Part shown: positions 46,223 through 56,522 of the stretch, one piece after another
Layout of the letters: every line of letters starts with the position of its first letter
Position numbering within the stretch: the first letter of the stretch is position 1
DNA from: a virus
IMG/VR virus record: IMGVR_UViG_3300042887_001883
Coordinates: 1 to 64,000 of that record
Reading direction: 5' to 3' (one strand)
DNA length: 64,000 bases
Position numbers and translations under genes: made by a program
The notes under the pieces: model-generated
Database searches by the model: none
Told to the model about the DNA's origin: nothing
The model's input: the letters and a program-made list of their open reading frames with translations, nothing else

Positions 46223-47869
46223 ATGTCATCCAATATTTTGTTAAAAAAATCAGGCATCGTTGACGAATATTCACGAGACCAAGTAAAAGAAATGCTGTTA
46301 TGTGCTACCGACCCTAAATATTTCATAGAAACATATTGCAAAATCGTACATCCAATTAAAGGTTTAGTACCATTTGCATTATATGATTACCAAAAAGAAA
46401 TGGTGGATATGTTTCATCACAATCGTTATTTCATTGGAGTCCTCAGCAGACAAATGGGGAAAAGTCAGCTCTCATGTGCATATATGTTGTGGTATGCTAT
46501 CTTCAGCCCACTCAAAACTATTTTAATCGTTTCTAATAAATCAGCAGGTAGTAAAGAAATGATTAATCGTATAATTTTCATGTATGAACATTTACCACAT
46601 TGGTTAAAACCCGGCATTAATGAAAATAATTGGAATAAAACATCGATAGCATTCGATAATGGTAGTAAAATTATCGCTGAAGCTACTACAGAAAACTCTG
46701 GTCGTGGTTTCGCTATTAGTATGGTATACATGGACGAATTTGCATTCGTTAATCCAAATATTGCAGAATTGTTCTGGACATCTATTTCCCCAGTAATTAA
46801 TTCTGGTGGTAAATGTATTATCACATCTACTCCTAATGGTTCAGATAATTTATTTGCGGAATTGTATAGAGGGTCAGAAAACGGTTCTAATGGATTCGTG
46901 AATCTATTTGTCACTTGGGATAAAATGCCTGGAAGGGATGCTAAATTTAGAGAAGATGAGATTGCCAAAATCGGTGATTTAAAATTCCGCCAAGAATATG
47001 AATGTGAATTCATCTCCTCAGACCCTCTCTTATTCTCCTCTATATTTGTAGCATCTTATAAGGTACCACAGCAACCTTCTCCTGATGCTAGAGGAATATT
47101 GTGGTACGAAGAATTAGAAAGGAATAATACCTATTTGATAGCTATGGACCCGGCTACCGGGTCAGGGTCAGATTTTACAGTAATGGTCATGTATAGTTTT
47201 CCAGAATTGAAACAGGTTGCAGAATTTCGTTCTAATACAACATCAACCTCTGCAGTATATAACATATTGAAATATATGTTAAAATGTTTAATGGCTAAGA
47301 GGGTCGAGAATGTTTATTGGAGTTTTGAAAATAATGGATTGGGTGAATCTATTATTGCATTATATGAGGCTGATGAAAATCCAGTAGACTGTGGTGAATT
47401 ATTGTCCGAATCTGGTAAGAAACGGATAGGGTTTGCTACTACTGGAAAATCTAAACCTAAACACTGTATGAACTTGAAAAATCTTTTTGAAGGTGGTAAA
47501 CTTAAAGTACGGTCTGCACAGACTGTTACAGAGATGAAACATTTCATACGTCGAAATGGTTCTTATGCTGCCAGAAATGGTAGTACTGATGATACTATTT
47601 CAGCACATATCATATTATTGAGAATTTTAGAAGAATTGGTACAATATGAAGATAAGGCATATGCTTTAATGTATGAAGATGATTTTATAAATGAATTTGA
47701 AAATGAAGACTCTTATGATGCTCCCCCAGCTATTGTAGGTAGTGGTGATGGTGAAGATTTTATGGATTATAGAAATCCTTGGGGGAATATGGAAGATAAA
47801 TGGAAAGATGACGCATCCGAGTATCATGAAAATTATAATAATGCTTTGGTTAATAATCCTTACCTGTAA
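46223..47869 (+). CDS. terL: Terminase large subunit (gp17-like)
   Basis: LYDYQ, Walker A SRQMGKS, Walker B VYMDEFAF, ITSTPNG, FRQEYECEF, nuclease MDPATGSGSD and DD. Confidence 0.96.
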   Translation: MSSNILLKKSGIVDEYSRDQVKEMLLCATDPKYFIETYCKIVHPIKGLVPFALYDYQKEMVDMFHHNRYFIGVLSRQMGKSQLSCAYMLWYAIFSPLKTILIVSNKSAGSKEMINRIIFMYEHLPHWLKPGINENNWNKTSIAFDNGSKIIAEATTENSGRGFAISMVYMDEFAFVNPNIAELFWTSISPVINSGGKCIITSTPNGSDNLFAELYRGSENGSNGFVNLFVTWDKMPGRDAKFREDEIAKIGDLKFRQEYECEFISSDPLLFSSIFVASYKVPQQPSPDARGILWYEELERNNTYLIAMDPATGSGSDFTVMVMYSFPELKQVAEFRSNTTSTSAVYNILKYMLKCLMAKRVENVYWSFENNGLGESIIALYEADENPVDCGELLSESGKKRIGFATTGKSKPKHCMNLKNLFEGGKLKVRSAQTVTEMKHFIRRNGSYAARNGSTDDTISAHIILLRILEELVQYEDKAYALMYEDDFINEFENEDSYDAPPAIVGSGDGEDFMDYRNPWGNMEDKWKDDASEYHENYNNALVNNPYL

Positions 47870-47878
47870 ATAGGATAA

Positions 47879-47907
47879 TAGCAATCCTCCCGAAGGGAGG
47901 ATTGCTA
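47879..47907. terminator. GC-rich hairpin after terL (13-bp stem, no U-tract)
   Basis: TAGCAATCCTCCC-GAA-GGGAGGATTGCTA. Confidence 0.6.
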
Positions 47908-47975
47908 AATGGTAGTAATAGTTTTATAATGTAACAGATTTTAATAATTTATGAATTTAATAATGGTAATTAATT

Positions 47976-49484
47976 ATGATAACAACCAAGAATTATGGGA
48001 TGGTAGTTAATACATCCAAAGAAATTAAAATAACTGATATTTTTGATTTTAGTAAGAGTACGGAAAAATATTTAATAATCAATGCATGTAATCAAGAAAG
48101 TCCATCATATGGTTATTTTACTTATGGTGGGAATAAGGTCACACCTACTAATTTTCCTAATACCATTACCGGTAGCAGTATCATGTATACCTATAATAAT
48201 GGTACTTATTATAATGCAAAATATGGATATTTGAACAATTTAAAATTTCAAACTAGCAGTATGAAAAATAATTTAAGTGTATTAACTGTTGGTGTATCCA
48301 ATACATTTAATGTTTCATATGCTAACTCATTAGATTGGATGAATGTATATTTACATAGTTTAGATTTGACTGAATATAGTGCTTCTATAGCTACACAACC
48401 AGATTATATCAACAATACTAAAAATATTGTGGATATTGCCAAATCATTTGTTGGTAAGACATGGAGTATGGATAATTATTGGTCATTGATGGATACGATT
48501 GCTACCATTAATAAAACATCATTACCATTATGTAGCATAAATCCTAATGCTAATATGGTAGGGAATGGTGATTGGATGTTAAAATATAATGGAAATAAAC
48601 CTGTAGGGGATTGGCATAATTTAATAAATGTTGGAGATATTGTATTTTTGAATAGTTCTAATTATTCTAGTGGTGCGGCGATATGTGTATCGGGTTCTGG
48701 TAAGAATGCAATGGTTATTAGTAATGTAGTAGGTAAGTATAATGTTATTGATAATAATACCATAACCATTATGGATTCTCATTTATTATCTACTGAAGAT
48801 GTTTATAAGTATGCATCATCTGATATGGTTTATATATTTTCTTTAAAGACATATAAGTCTAACGTGAATACTGTTACTCCACCAGTTACTACGGTTTCAT
48901 CATATCCTACGGATACTGTCAATACTGTTTATAAAGTTAATGGTGTTACTGTTAATCCACCAGAAGATTTAAAATTTGGTATTAATCAATTAGTATCGTA
49001 TAAACTAACCAATATTTTTAGTCTTCCTAATACTGCTATTAAAATGACTATGGTTAATTTACCATCATGGTTGAAATATGATGGGTATTCATTAACTGGA
49101 AAATCACCATTAGTACCATCAGATAATAAAGTAACTATAAAAGGTGAATATAATGGGAACATTGTTTACGATTATATGAATATTGTCGTGGATAAATCGG
49201 TATCATTAGATATTGTGGAAGTTCCCTGGGTAGCTGGCAAGAATAATACATTATCATTATTGAAGTATAATTATGATAAATTTTATATTACGGATAATGA
49301 TAAATTAGGATTGGTATGGTTAAGAATTGACCAGAATACCGGAACATTATCGGGTATCCCACCAGTTAAATTATTGGGTCAATCCATTAATGTTACTGCA
49401 TATCAACAAAAGGTATCTTATGAACCAAAACATGATATTGATTCATTTATTATAGATATTGTGGGGGTTAATAATTTTTCATAA
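47976..49484 (+). CDS. Protein with C-terminal putative-Ig (He_PIG-like) repeats and a possible degenerate NlpC/P60-like domain
   Basis: LPSWLKYDG..LTG and WLRIDQNTGTLSG.PP. Central IVD.AKSFVG..W..GDIVF region. Confidence 0.55.
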   Translation: MITTKNYGMVVNTSKEIKITDIFDFSKSTEKYLIINACNQESPSYGYFTYGGNKVTPTNFPNTITGSSIMYTYNNGTYYNAKYGYLNNLKFQTSSMKNNLSVLTVGVSNTFNVSYANSLDWMNVYLHSLDLTEYSASIATQPDYINNTKNIVDIAKSFVGKTWSMDNYWSLMDTIATINKTSLPLCSINPNANMVGNGDWMLKYNGNKPVGDWHNLINVGDIVFLNSSNYSSGAAICVSGSGKNAMVISNVVGKYNVIDNNTITIMDSHLLSTEDVYKYASSDMVYIFSLKTYKSNVNTVTPPVTTVSSYPTDTVNTVYKVNGVTVNPPEDLKFGINQLVSYKLTNIFSLPNTAIKMTMVNLPSWLKYDGYSLTGKSPLVPSDNKVTIKGEYNGNIVYDYMNIVVDKSVSLDIVEVPWVAGKNNTLSLLKYNYDKFYITDNDKLGLVWLRIDQNTGTLSGIPPVKLLGQSINVTAYQQKVSYEPKHDIDSFIIDIVGVNNFS

Positions 49485-49520
49485 ATATACAAAGTTAACT
49501 AACCTATACTTTGTAGAAAT

Positions 49521-50867
49521 ATGACAGACCCTATACTTAATATTCAATTTACTGATAGTTCAGTAGCCAATAAGAATCCTATTGTAATATCGGCTACTGA
49601 AACTAATACTTCAACATCATTAAGATTGCACGGAATTGGCTCATTAACATATGGAACCGATTTATGGGGCAATATGGTAAAACTATTAGAGAATTTTTGT
49701 TCTGATACAAGACCTAATAATGCCACAGAAGGGCAATTATGGTATAAACCATCAACTAAATCATTACAATTATATATTAGAGATAATAATTCTTATTTTT
49801 GGAAAAGTGTTCTTACCGAAGGTTCATCAGTTGGCTTAGTATCACAATCTGATTTAGATACTGAATTAACAAATTATCTCAATAAGACTTCGCCATCATT
49901 GACACAGCCATTAACAATACCATCTGAATTTACTAACAATACATTAAATAGTCCTACCAGTAGTACTAATTCTAACTATGCTGTTACACGTAAATATGTA
50001 GATGCTGCAGTTGCCAATAATACAGCCACCAGTTTACCATATATTGACAGAAGTTCAGATGCAAATGCTACTAATAGAACTATGTTGAAAGATTTAATAA
50101 TCCCATCAGAATTCAAAAACACATCATCGACAGAACTGGTTGCTGCTGACGCAGTAGGCAATTTTAATAATGCGGCAACACGTAGATATGTTATTGAAAA
50201 ATCATCTGCTGCATTATCAGATGCTAAAAGTTATGTAGATGGTAAATTACCTACTGGTGATAACGTATATGATAAAACCAAAGTAGTAAAGGTAGATGGT
50301 TCTAATGCTATGACCAGTCAATTGGTATTGCCTAGATACAATGGTTATACTACTGCTACAGTTATTAATGCAGGTGATGCTAGATTACATGCAGCATCTC
50401 GTGAGTATGTTGAAGATAAAATTGCAAATAATAATTCAAATTTATCAACGGTTTTTACTAATAAAGGACAAGTATTTAATAATACCTATAGAATAGGATA
50501 TTTTAAAAATCCTACCTTTATGAATTCATTATTAACTCAATGGTTGACTTTGTACACTTCTACTGATAGTGGCATATTACAAAATTATGTTGCAAATGCT
50601 GGTTGGGCAGTAGGGAAGCAATGGATGGTTAGTAATGATAACAATAATAAAATAATTAGAATAAAATTACCACAACCATATACTTCACTATTGCATTGTT
50701 CACTAACACTAGTTAATCCAACTGGTATTATTTTTGAATATTCTTTACAGTTTGTAGAATTAGAGATTGATATGCAAACCATAAAATGTGTAGTAAATCA
50801 TATTACTGGTGGTTCTACATCATTCCCAACAGATTGGGGTATTATGGTTTATACGGTAGGAGTTTAA
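49521..50867 (+). CDS. Tail fibre-like protein with shared anchor and A(T/S)R.YV(D/E) fibre motifs
   Basis: LRLHG.G..YG..LWGNMVKLLENF..EGQLWY; repeated AVTRKYVD/AATRRYV/AASREYVE. CATAAATA at 49480. Confidence 0.8.
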   Translation: MTDPILNIQFTDSSVANKNPIVISATETNTSTSLRLHGIGSLTYGTDLWGNMVKLLENFCSDTRPNNATEGQLWYKPSTKSLQLYIRDNNSYFWKSVLTEGSSVGLVSQSDLDTELTNYLNKTSPSLTQPLTIPSEFTNNTLNSPTSSTNSNYAVTRKYVDAAVANNTATSLPYIDRSSDANATNRTMLKDLIIPSEFKNTSSTELVAADAVGNFNNAATRRYVIEKSSAALSDAKSYVDGKLPTGDNVYDKTKVVKVDGSNAMTSQLVLPRYNGYTTATVINAGDARLHAASREYVEDKIANNNSNLSTVFTNKGQVFNNTYRIGYFKNPTFMNSLLTQWLTLYTSTDSGILQNYVANAGWAVGKQWMVSNDNNNKIIRIKLPQPYTSLLHCSLTLVNPTGIIFEYSLQFVELEIDMQTIKCVVNHITGGSTSFPTDWGIMVYTVGV

Positions 50868-50870
50868 TAA

Positions 50871-52715
50871 ATGGCTTTAAGAGATTATACGATAAAATTT
50901 ACAGATAGTGCAATATCTGGAAAAAATGATATATTAGTTGGTGAAAATACTGTTAATAATAGTAATACCTCATTAACATTATATGGATATGGTCACAAAA
51001 ATTATGGTACTGGGTTATGGGAAAATATGCTCCATATTATGGAGAATTTTGCATCATCAACTGAGGCTCCAGCTCATCCTACTATTGGTCAATTATGGTA
51101 CCATTCTGGTAAAAAATCATTATTAATATTTGTTGGTACTGATGATACGGCGGCCAGTAATGGTTGGAAGAATATTGTTTCCAATTATGATTTTAGTAAT
51201 AATATTGGTGGTGAGGTTGTACAATATTTGACTAAAAGTGATTTGGTAGGATATTTAACATCAGATGTAACGCCTCAATTAACTGGTGATTTAGTATTAA
51301 AGAATAATGATTCATGGTACACCACCGTTGCTGGGGTAGTAAGATTAAGCACTAGTGTTACTATTCCTGGTAATTATGCGGCATCAGTAAGATATGTAAA
51401 TACTAAAGTAGATACTGTCGTTACTGATAAAATTACTACAGCTTTAGCAGCTAATCCGGCAACTACTGGTACTAATACCGTCACTGGTGCGGTGTCTGCT
51501 GATTCAATTTCTGTAGCATTAGCTAATTATGATACTACTGGTTCTCCAGTAGGTGCAAATCACCCATATATTAGAAGAGCTTCCACTAGTCCAGAAGAAT
51601 CTCGGACAATGTACAATAGTTTAATATTGCCTGCTCAAACTACTGCGGTAGTAGCTGGTGATGATAATTTTGCGGCTACCAAAGGATATGTTCGTGCAGT
51701 TTTGACGGCTGGTTTAATTACTAATACTGCTACGTCTACTATTACTGGGAGTTCCGGTACTGACACTATAACCGGCGCATCAACTAAAGATGTAATAGGT
51801 ACACCAAGTTATTTACCATTAGCTGGTGGGACATTAAATGGTAAACTATATTTGGCATCTGATGAAACTGGATATTCTGATACTAATAAAAACAGAGCCG
51901 CAACCAGGGCATATGTAGATTATAAATTTGGTTTAGTTGAAACTACTACTGCTAGTGACACCATAACATCTGTTACCTCTAGTGACACCATAACATCTGT
52001 TACCGCTACCGATATTATTTCATCACCTGATAAAACGTTCACCGATGGTGAAAAATTAAATAATAAAGATAGAGAATTGATATCATATACTAAATTCCCA
52101 GATGGTACATTAATGGTATACGGATTTTATAGAAATTTTGGTGTTTCATATAAAGACGATGGACGATGGGCATCATCATTATCAAAAATAACATTTCCAG
52201 ATGGTATTAAATTTACAAATAATTATTATTCTGTTTCTATTACTGAAGAAGTACCCACCGTTACATTGAGTCCAACTGTTCCTAGTGGTAAACCTGCAGT
52301 AGCACCATTCACATATAAATCATGTGATAATGTACGTAGAAGTGGGTTATGGAAAGATTTTAGTATAAAGTATCCAGGATTCTATAAATTTAGAGGTAGT
52401 GAGATTTTAAATAAAGAATCAGATTTAAAACTTACATATATTCCGTCAAAATATAACCAACCAGTATCTGAAAATTATAATGTTGCGAATACCTCTTTAT
52501 GGAATGCGCATTGGACTGAAATGAGCAAAGTAACAACTGGTAATGATTTTACTGGTATAGCACCAACGACATTTAGTGTATTCGAAAAAGAAACTGATGG
52601 TTTTAGATTATCTGCATATAATGATAATGGTGGTGGCTCTGGTGCCGGTTTGACATATCTATTTTGGCGTAATTTTATTGCCTGTAACTTCACAGCTATT
52701 GGACGGTGGAAATAA
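50871..52715 (+). CDS. Tail fibre-like protein with shared anchor
   Basis: LTLYGYG..YG.GLWENMLHIMENF..P..GQLWY; YLPLAGGTLNG.L; YTKFPDG...F.AIGRWK fibre-tip motif. Confidence 0.8.
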   Translation: MALRDYTIKFTDSAISGKNDILVGENTVNNSNTSLTLYGYGHKNYGTGLWENMLHIMENFASSTEAPAHPTIGQLWYHSGKKSLLIFVGTDDTAASNGWKNIVSNYDFSNNIGGEVVQYLTKSDLVGYLTSDVTPQLTGDLVLKNNDSWYTTVAGVVRLSTSVTIPGNYAASVRYVNTKVDTVVTDKITTALAANPATTGTNTVTGAVSADSISVALANYDTTGSPVGANHPYIRRASTSPEESRTMYNSLILPAQTTAVVAGDDNFAATKGYVRAVLTAGLITNTATSTITGSSGTDTITGASTKDVIGTPSYLPLAGGTLNGKLYLASDETGYSDTNKNRAATRAYVDYKFGLVETTTASDTITSVTSSDTITSVTATDIISSPDKTFTDGEKLNNKDRELISYTKFPDGTLMVYGFYRNFGVSYKDDGRWASSLSKITFPDGIKFTNNYYSVSITEEVPTVTLSPTVPSGKPAVAPFTYKSCDNVRRSGLWKDFSIKYPGFYKFRGSEILNKESDLKLTYIPSKYNQPVSENYNVANTSLWNAHWTEMSKVTTGNDFTGIAPTTFSVFEKETDGFRLSAYNDNGGGSGAGLTYLFWRNFIACNFTAIGRWK

Positions 52716-53371
52716 TGGAAATTACACTGTCGGATACATCAAAAAGTACATATGATATTACTTCATTATTTGATATGAATAATATCTACCAAGATGATTA
52801 TAGTTTCAATTATCCATTTTGGCAAAACATTGTACAGTTAACAGAAAATTATTGTAATTATAATTTCCCATATCCCTCATTAGAAGGACAATTATGGTAT
52901 AATTCCGATAATAAAACCTTAAATATTGCACCAGAAAATAATGCATCATCATGGAATCAAGTTGTTGCGGCTGATGGTACGTCTACTAAAAATTATTTAA
53001 ATGTATATAGTTCAAATGTAATAGGCTCATTAACATTAGTTGATGATATTCCAGGAACTACCATTTATGATGGTTTTAGTAAGAATAGTGACCATGCGGT
53101 TACTAAAAAATATGTTGATAATTTCCATGGTGGAATTATTTCTGGAAGTAATGATTATTGCAACTGGCAAATATATCCTAACAATTATGTCATAATTCAA
53201 GGATTGAATAGTGGAAATATTAGTATACCTGTTGTTATGAAAGATACTAATTATGTCGTAGTTACTACCAACAATACAAATTCTAATAAACTCTATTCTA
53301 TCACGAATAAAACAACATCATCATTTACTGTTGATGGTAATGCTTGGATATTGTTAGGGTGGACAAAATGA
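52715..53371 (+). CDS. Short fibre-like protein with shared anchor
   Basis: WQN.VQLTENY..EGQLWYN; AVTKKYVD; C-terminal KTTSSFTV..W..LG. Confidence 0.75.
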   Translation: MEITLSDTSKSTYDITSLFDMNNIYQDDYSFNYPFWQNIVQLTENYCNYNFPYPSLEGQLWYNSDNKTLNIAPENNASSWNQVVAADGTSTKNYLNVYSSNVIGSLTLVDDIPGTTIYDGFSKNSDHAVTKKYVDNFHGGIISGSNDYCNWQIYPNNYVIIQGLNSGNISIPVVMKDTNYVVVTTNNTNSNKLYSITNKTTSSFTVDGNAWILLGWTK

Positions 53372-54051
53372 AATATATTTTAAAACATGCAGATGGTAGA
53401 CAATTAATACTTACTAGTGGAATAGTAAACGAAGATACTTCACTATCATTGTTTGTCTTTAGTAATACTGAAGTTGGTAAACTATTCTTTACCGATTTAG
53501 CACACATGGTGGAAAATTTCTCCGGTCCATATTCACCATATAAACCTACTAAGGGTCAAATATGGTACGATAACAAAGAAAAACTATTGAAGTTTTTTAA
53601 TGGTACCATATGGAAAGAATTTAATCCAGCTATTCCTAATGTATCACAATATGTAACCTCTGGTGATACCATGACTGGTATTTTAAAATTACCTGACCTT
53701 ACAACAACTACTAATTATAAATTAGCTGCTAATAGAAGTTATGTTGATTCTAAAAAATATAAATTTTCGGCAGAACTGAATAGAAGTATATCATATATTA
53801 AATATGACACCGGTTATACAATAATGCATGGTTTAATATATCCAGAAGCAGGGGCATTAACAGCATCTATATCATTTCCTCTGTCTATGGCAAATACCAA
53901 TTATGCAATTATATTATCATTAAATAGTACCGGAGGAGAATCTTCAGTATTAAATTATAATTCATATGCTAAAACAATTAATGGATTTAAAGTTATTGTA
54001 GATAATACATATGATTCATTGGCATTTGTCGTTATGGGATTTTCATCATGA
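53368..54051 (+). CDS. Short fibre-like protein with shared anchor
   Basis: HMVENFS..P.KPTKGQIWYD; SGDTMTG.L; ISFP..M.N.NY. Confidence 0.75.
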   Translation: MKYILKHADGRQLILTSGIVNEDTSLSLFVFSNTEVGKLFFTDLAHMVENFSGPYSPYKPTKGQIWYDNKEKLLKFFNGTIWKEFNPAIPNVSQYVTSGDTMTGILKLPDLTTTTNYKLAANRSYVDSKKYKFSAELNRSISYIKYDTGYTIMHGLIYPEAGALTASISFPLSMANTNYAIILSLNSTGGESSVLNYNSYAKTINGFKVIVDNTYDSLAFVVMGFSS

Positions 54052-54773
54052 GTTATACTAAAGTAGATTTTTCAAATATATCAAAACCTCCATTATTTTT
54101 AATGGATGGTGAATATAATTTTAATACCTGTTTAACATTATTTGGTAAAAATGTGTCTAATTTTGGACCATCATTTTGGACAAATATTTTAAGAAAATTA
54201 GAAAACTATTCTAATGCTACTGCACCTGAAAATGCATTAGAGGGTCAATTATGGTACGATAGTCAAAATGGTGTTATGAAAATTAACACTGGTAAAAATT
54301 ATGATACTCCTAATTGGGTAGCAGTTTCTCATGAAGCAGTATCCATTGATGGTTTATTATCAAAATCTGGTGGAACGTTAAATAACTCATTAGAAATATC
54401 TAATGATGTTAAAGATGATAATCATGCGGCAACCGTAGATTATGTTAATAATAATTCATCAACGTCATTTACTGGTTCAAATGCCAAATATCAATACAAC
54501 GTAACCGCATTTAATAATTTTATTACTCTTAATGGGGTTGCTAAAAGTGAAGATATGGTGAGTGGCAAAATTGTGATAATGTTACCTAAAGTTATGAGTA
54601 ATGATAGTTATACTGTTACCTTATCATCATCAACATCTGCAAATACCGCAACCACCCACAAATACTACTATTATGTTACTGATAAAAAAGTAAATTCTTT
54701 TACTATTGTATTAGATAAAACATTAACCGATACTACCGAAATAGATTTTTGTGTAATTGGTTTCTGCCAATGA
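54048..54773 (+). CDS. Short fibre-like protein with shared anchor
   Basis: LTLFGKN..FG..WTN.L..LENY..EGQLWYD; SGGTL; AATVDYV. Confidence 0.75.
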   Translation: MSYTKVDFSNISKPPLFLMDGEYNFNTCLTLFGKNVSNFGPSFWTNILRKLENYSNATAPENALEGQLWYDSQNGVMKINTGKNYDTPNWVAVSHEAVSIDGLLSKSGGTLNNSLEISNDVKDDNHAATVDYVNNNSSTSFTGSNAKYQYNVTAFNNFITLNGVAKSEDMVSGKIVIMLPKVMSNDSYTVTLSSSTSANTATTHKYYYYVTDKKVNSFTIVLDKTLTDTTEIDFCVIGFCQ

Positions 54774-54808
54774 TAAATATAGATTTCAGTTAACATTATA
54801 GAAAAACT

Positions 54809-56491
54809 ATGACATATACTATTACATTTTCTGACACATCCAAAACATCATTTACTATCGAAGAATTAAAAAAAGATGGACCAGGTAGTTTAGATGGTAC
54901 CCATACCGATTTAGTATTTTATGGTAAAGGAAATTCTGATTATGGTGAGGATTTATGGAATAATCTAATACATATGTTAGAGAATTTTAGTAGTGCTGGT
55001 CCAGGCCCTAATAATCCAATTGAAGGTCAATTATGGTATAATAATGTTGATAGATTATTATCAATATATAAAGCAGTAGCTCCTGCGACAAATCCAAAAA
55101 CCTATGCATGGTCTGTTATATTAGATGCTAATTCATTATCTAATCCTACCGTTATTAATTCCATTATTTCAGGTTTGACCGCAGCATTATCTGACCCTAC
55201 TAATACAGCAACTAGTTCATTGTTGACGGCATTGGGTGATTCATATATTAAAACTACTGGTGGAACATTAACCGGACCTTTAAATATTCATCCATATAAT
55301 ACTGATGCTACTAATGACCCATTACAAAATGATAAATTAGCTGTATCTGTATCCTATTTAAAAAGTTATGTTGCTAATAAATTGAATACTTTAGATTTAT
55401 CAACATTAATCGGTTTTGATATTCCTCCATTTGATGCAACCTTAGATGCTGGTTATGGTGGTTATTATTTAAAAAAAGTATTAGATGCTACCTATGTTGA
55501 CGGGACTGCGGCCAGTGCCCAAATATCACAATCCAATATTATATTACCAACATATAACACAGATGTCCAAAATCCTAAATTTGCAGCATCAAGAGAATAT
55601 GTAGATGCTAAAATTTTAGAATTTTCTAAAACATTTGTGAAAAAAATCATATGGACAGATACTCTAAACCTCGCAAATGGTTTAATCACCGGAACATTAA
55701 CGGCATCATTACCAACTGGTTTTAACTATATTGCTATACCATCTGTGACGATGACACCATCATTATCAGATGCAACATTGCATGTTAATTCTAATGCTAC
55801 CAATAATACAATAACTATCTCATATTCTGGTACTACTAGTGCTACTAGAGTATTATCGAAAATTAGTATTGCTAGTTCACAAATAACTGGGGTAGCAGGT
55901 TATATAGATTCGGATTCCTTAGTTTATAATATTAATATTGTATCATCTACCATTCCAGCTACAACTACTACTCGTGCTCCAACTACTACCACAACAGTAG
56001 CAGGTTCTACTACCACTACCACGGCAGTAGCTACTAGTACAACAACTGCAGTACCTACTAGTACAACTACCATAGCACCAACTACATCAACAACGGCTGT
56101 CCCAACACCTACCTTATTTGAGGGTGGATATTGGTTTGGGCAAGATGCAACATATAATTATTATGTTTCCCCCAATAGTTCAGAATCAGGAAGAATCACG
56201 TATTCTGCTGCAGTTACTCATTGTGATAATTTGGCGGTCTCCGGCAATGCATTATATAAATGGGTAATTCCGTCAGTAGCTGAATTTACCATGTTATACA
56301 ATTATAAAAATAATTTAGCTAGTGTGGTTTCCTTCCCTCTAGTATATTGGACTACAGATACTGATTCAAATAATTATTGGAAAAAAATATTTAGTATGGC
56401 TGATGGCTCAACAACGTTTTTTAATCCTACCAATGGTGTTGCGGATAGTAATACAATGTGGACAAGACCTATAAGAAAGGTGCCTAAATAA
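54809..56491 (+). CDS. Fibre protein: anchor, Ig-like domain, Thr stalk, DUF1566/C-type-lectin-like tip
   Basis: LVFYGKG..YG..LWNNLIHMLENF..EGQLWY; A..HC..L..W.IPSVAEF..YWT..TRPIR. Confidence 0.75.
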   Translation: MTYTITFSDTSKTSFTIEELKKDGPGSLDGTHTDLVFYGKGNSDYGEDLWNNLIHMLENFSSAGPGPNNPIEGQLWYNNVDRLLSIYKAVAPATNPKTYAWSVILDANSLSNPTVINSIISGLTAALSDPTNTATSSLLTALGDSYIKTTGGTLTGPLNIHPYNTDATNDPLQNDKLAVSVSYLKSYVANKLNTLDLSTLIGFDIPPFDATLDAGYGGYYLKKVLDATYVDGTAASAQISQSNIILPTYNTDVQNPKFAASREYVDAKILEFSKTFVKKIIWTDTLNLANGLITGTLTASLPTGFNYIAIPSVTMTPSLSDATLHVNSNATNNTITISYSGTTSATRVLSKISIASSQITGVAGYIDSDSLVYNINIVSSTIPATTTTRAPTTTTTVAGSTTTTTAVATSTTTAVPTSTTTIAPTTSTTAVPTPTLFEGGYWFGQDATYNYYVSPNSSESGRITYSAAVTHCDNLAVSGNALYKWVIPSVAEFTMLYNYKNNLASVVSFPLVYWTTDTDSNNYWKKIFSMADGSTTFFNPTNGVADSNTMWTRPIRKVPK

Positions 56492-56522
56492 TTATCATGC
56501 CTAATTATTCAACTATTCAATC

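Noticed and set aside
46223-47869. Intron or intein in the terminase large subunit
   Set aside because: The ORF is continuous and of normal size with all motifs in order. The HNH gene lies outside it, on the opposite strand.
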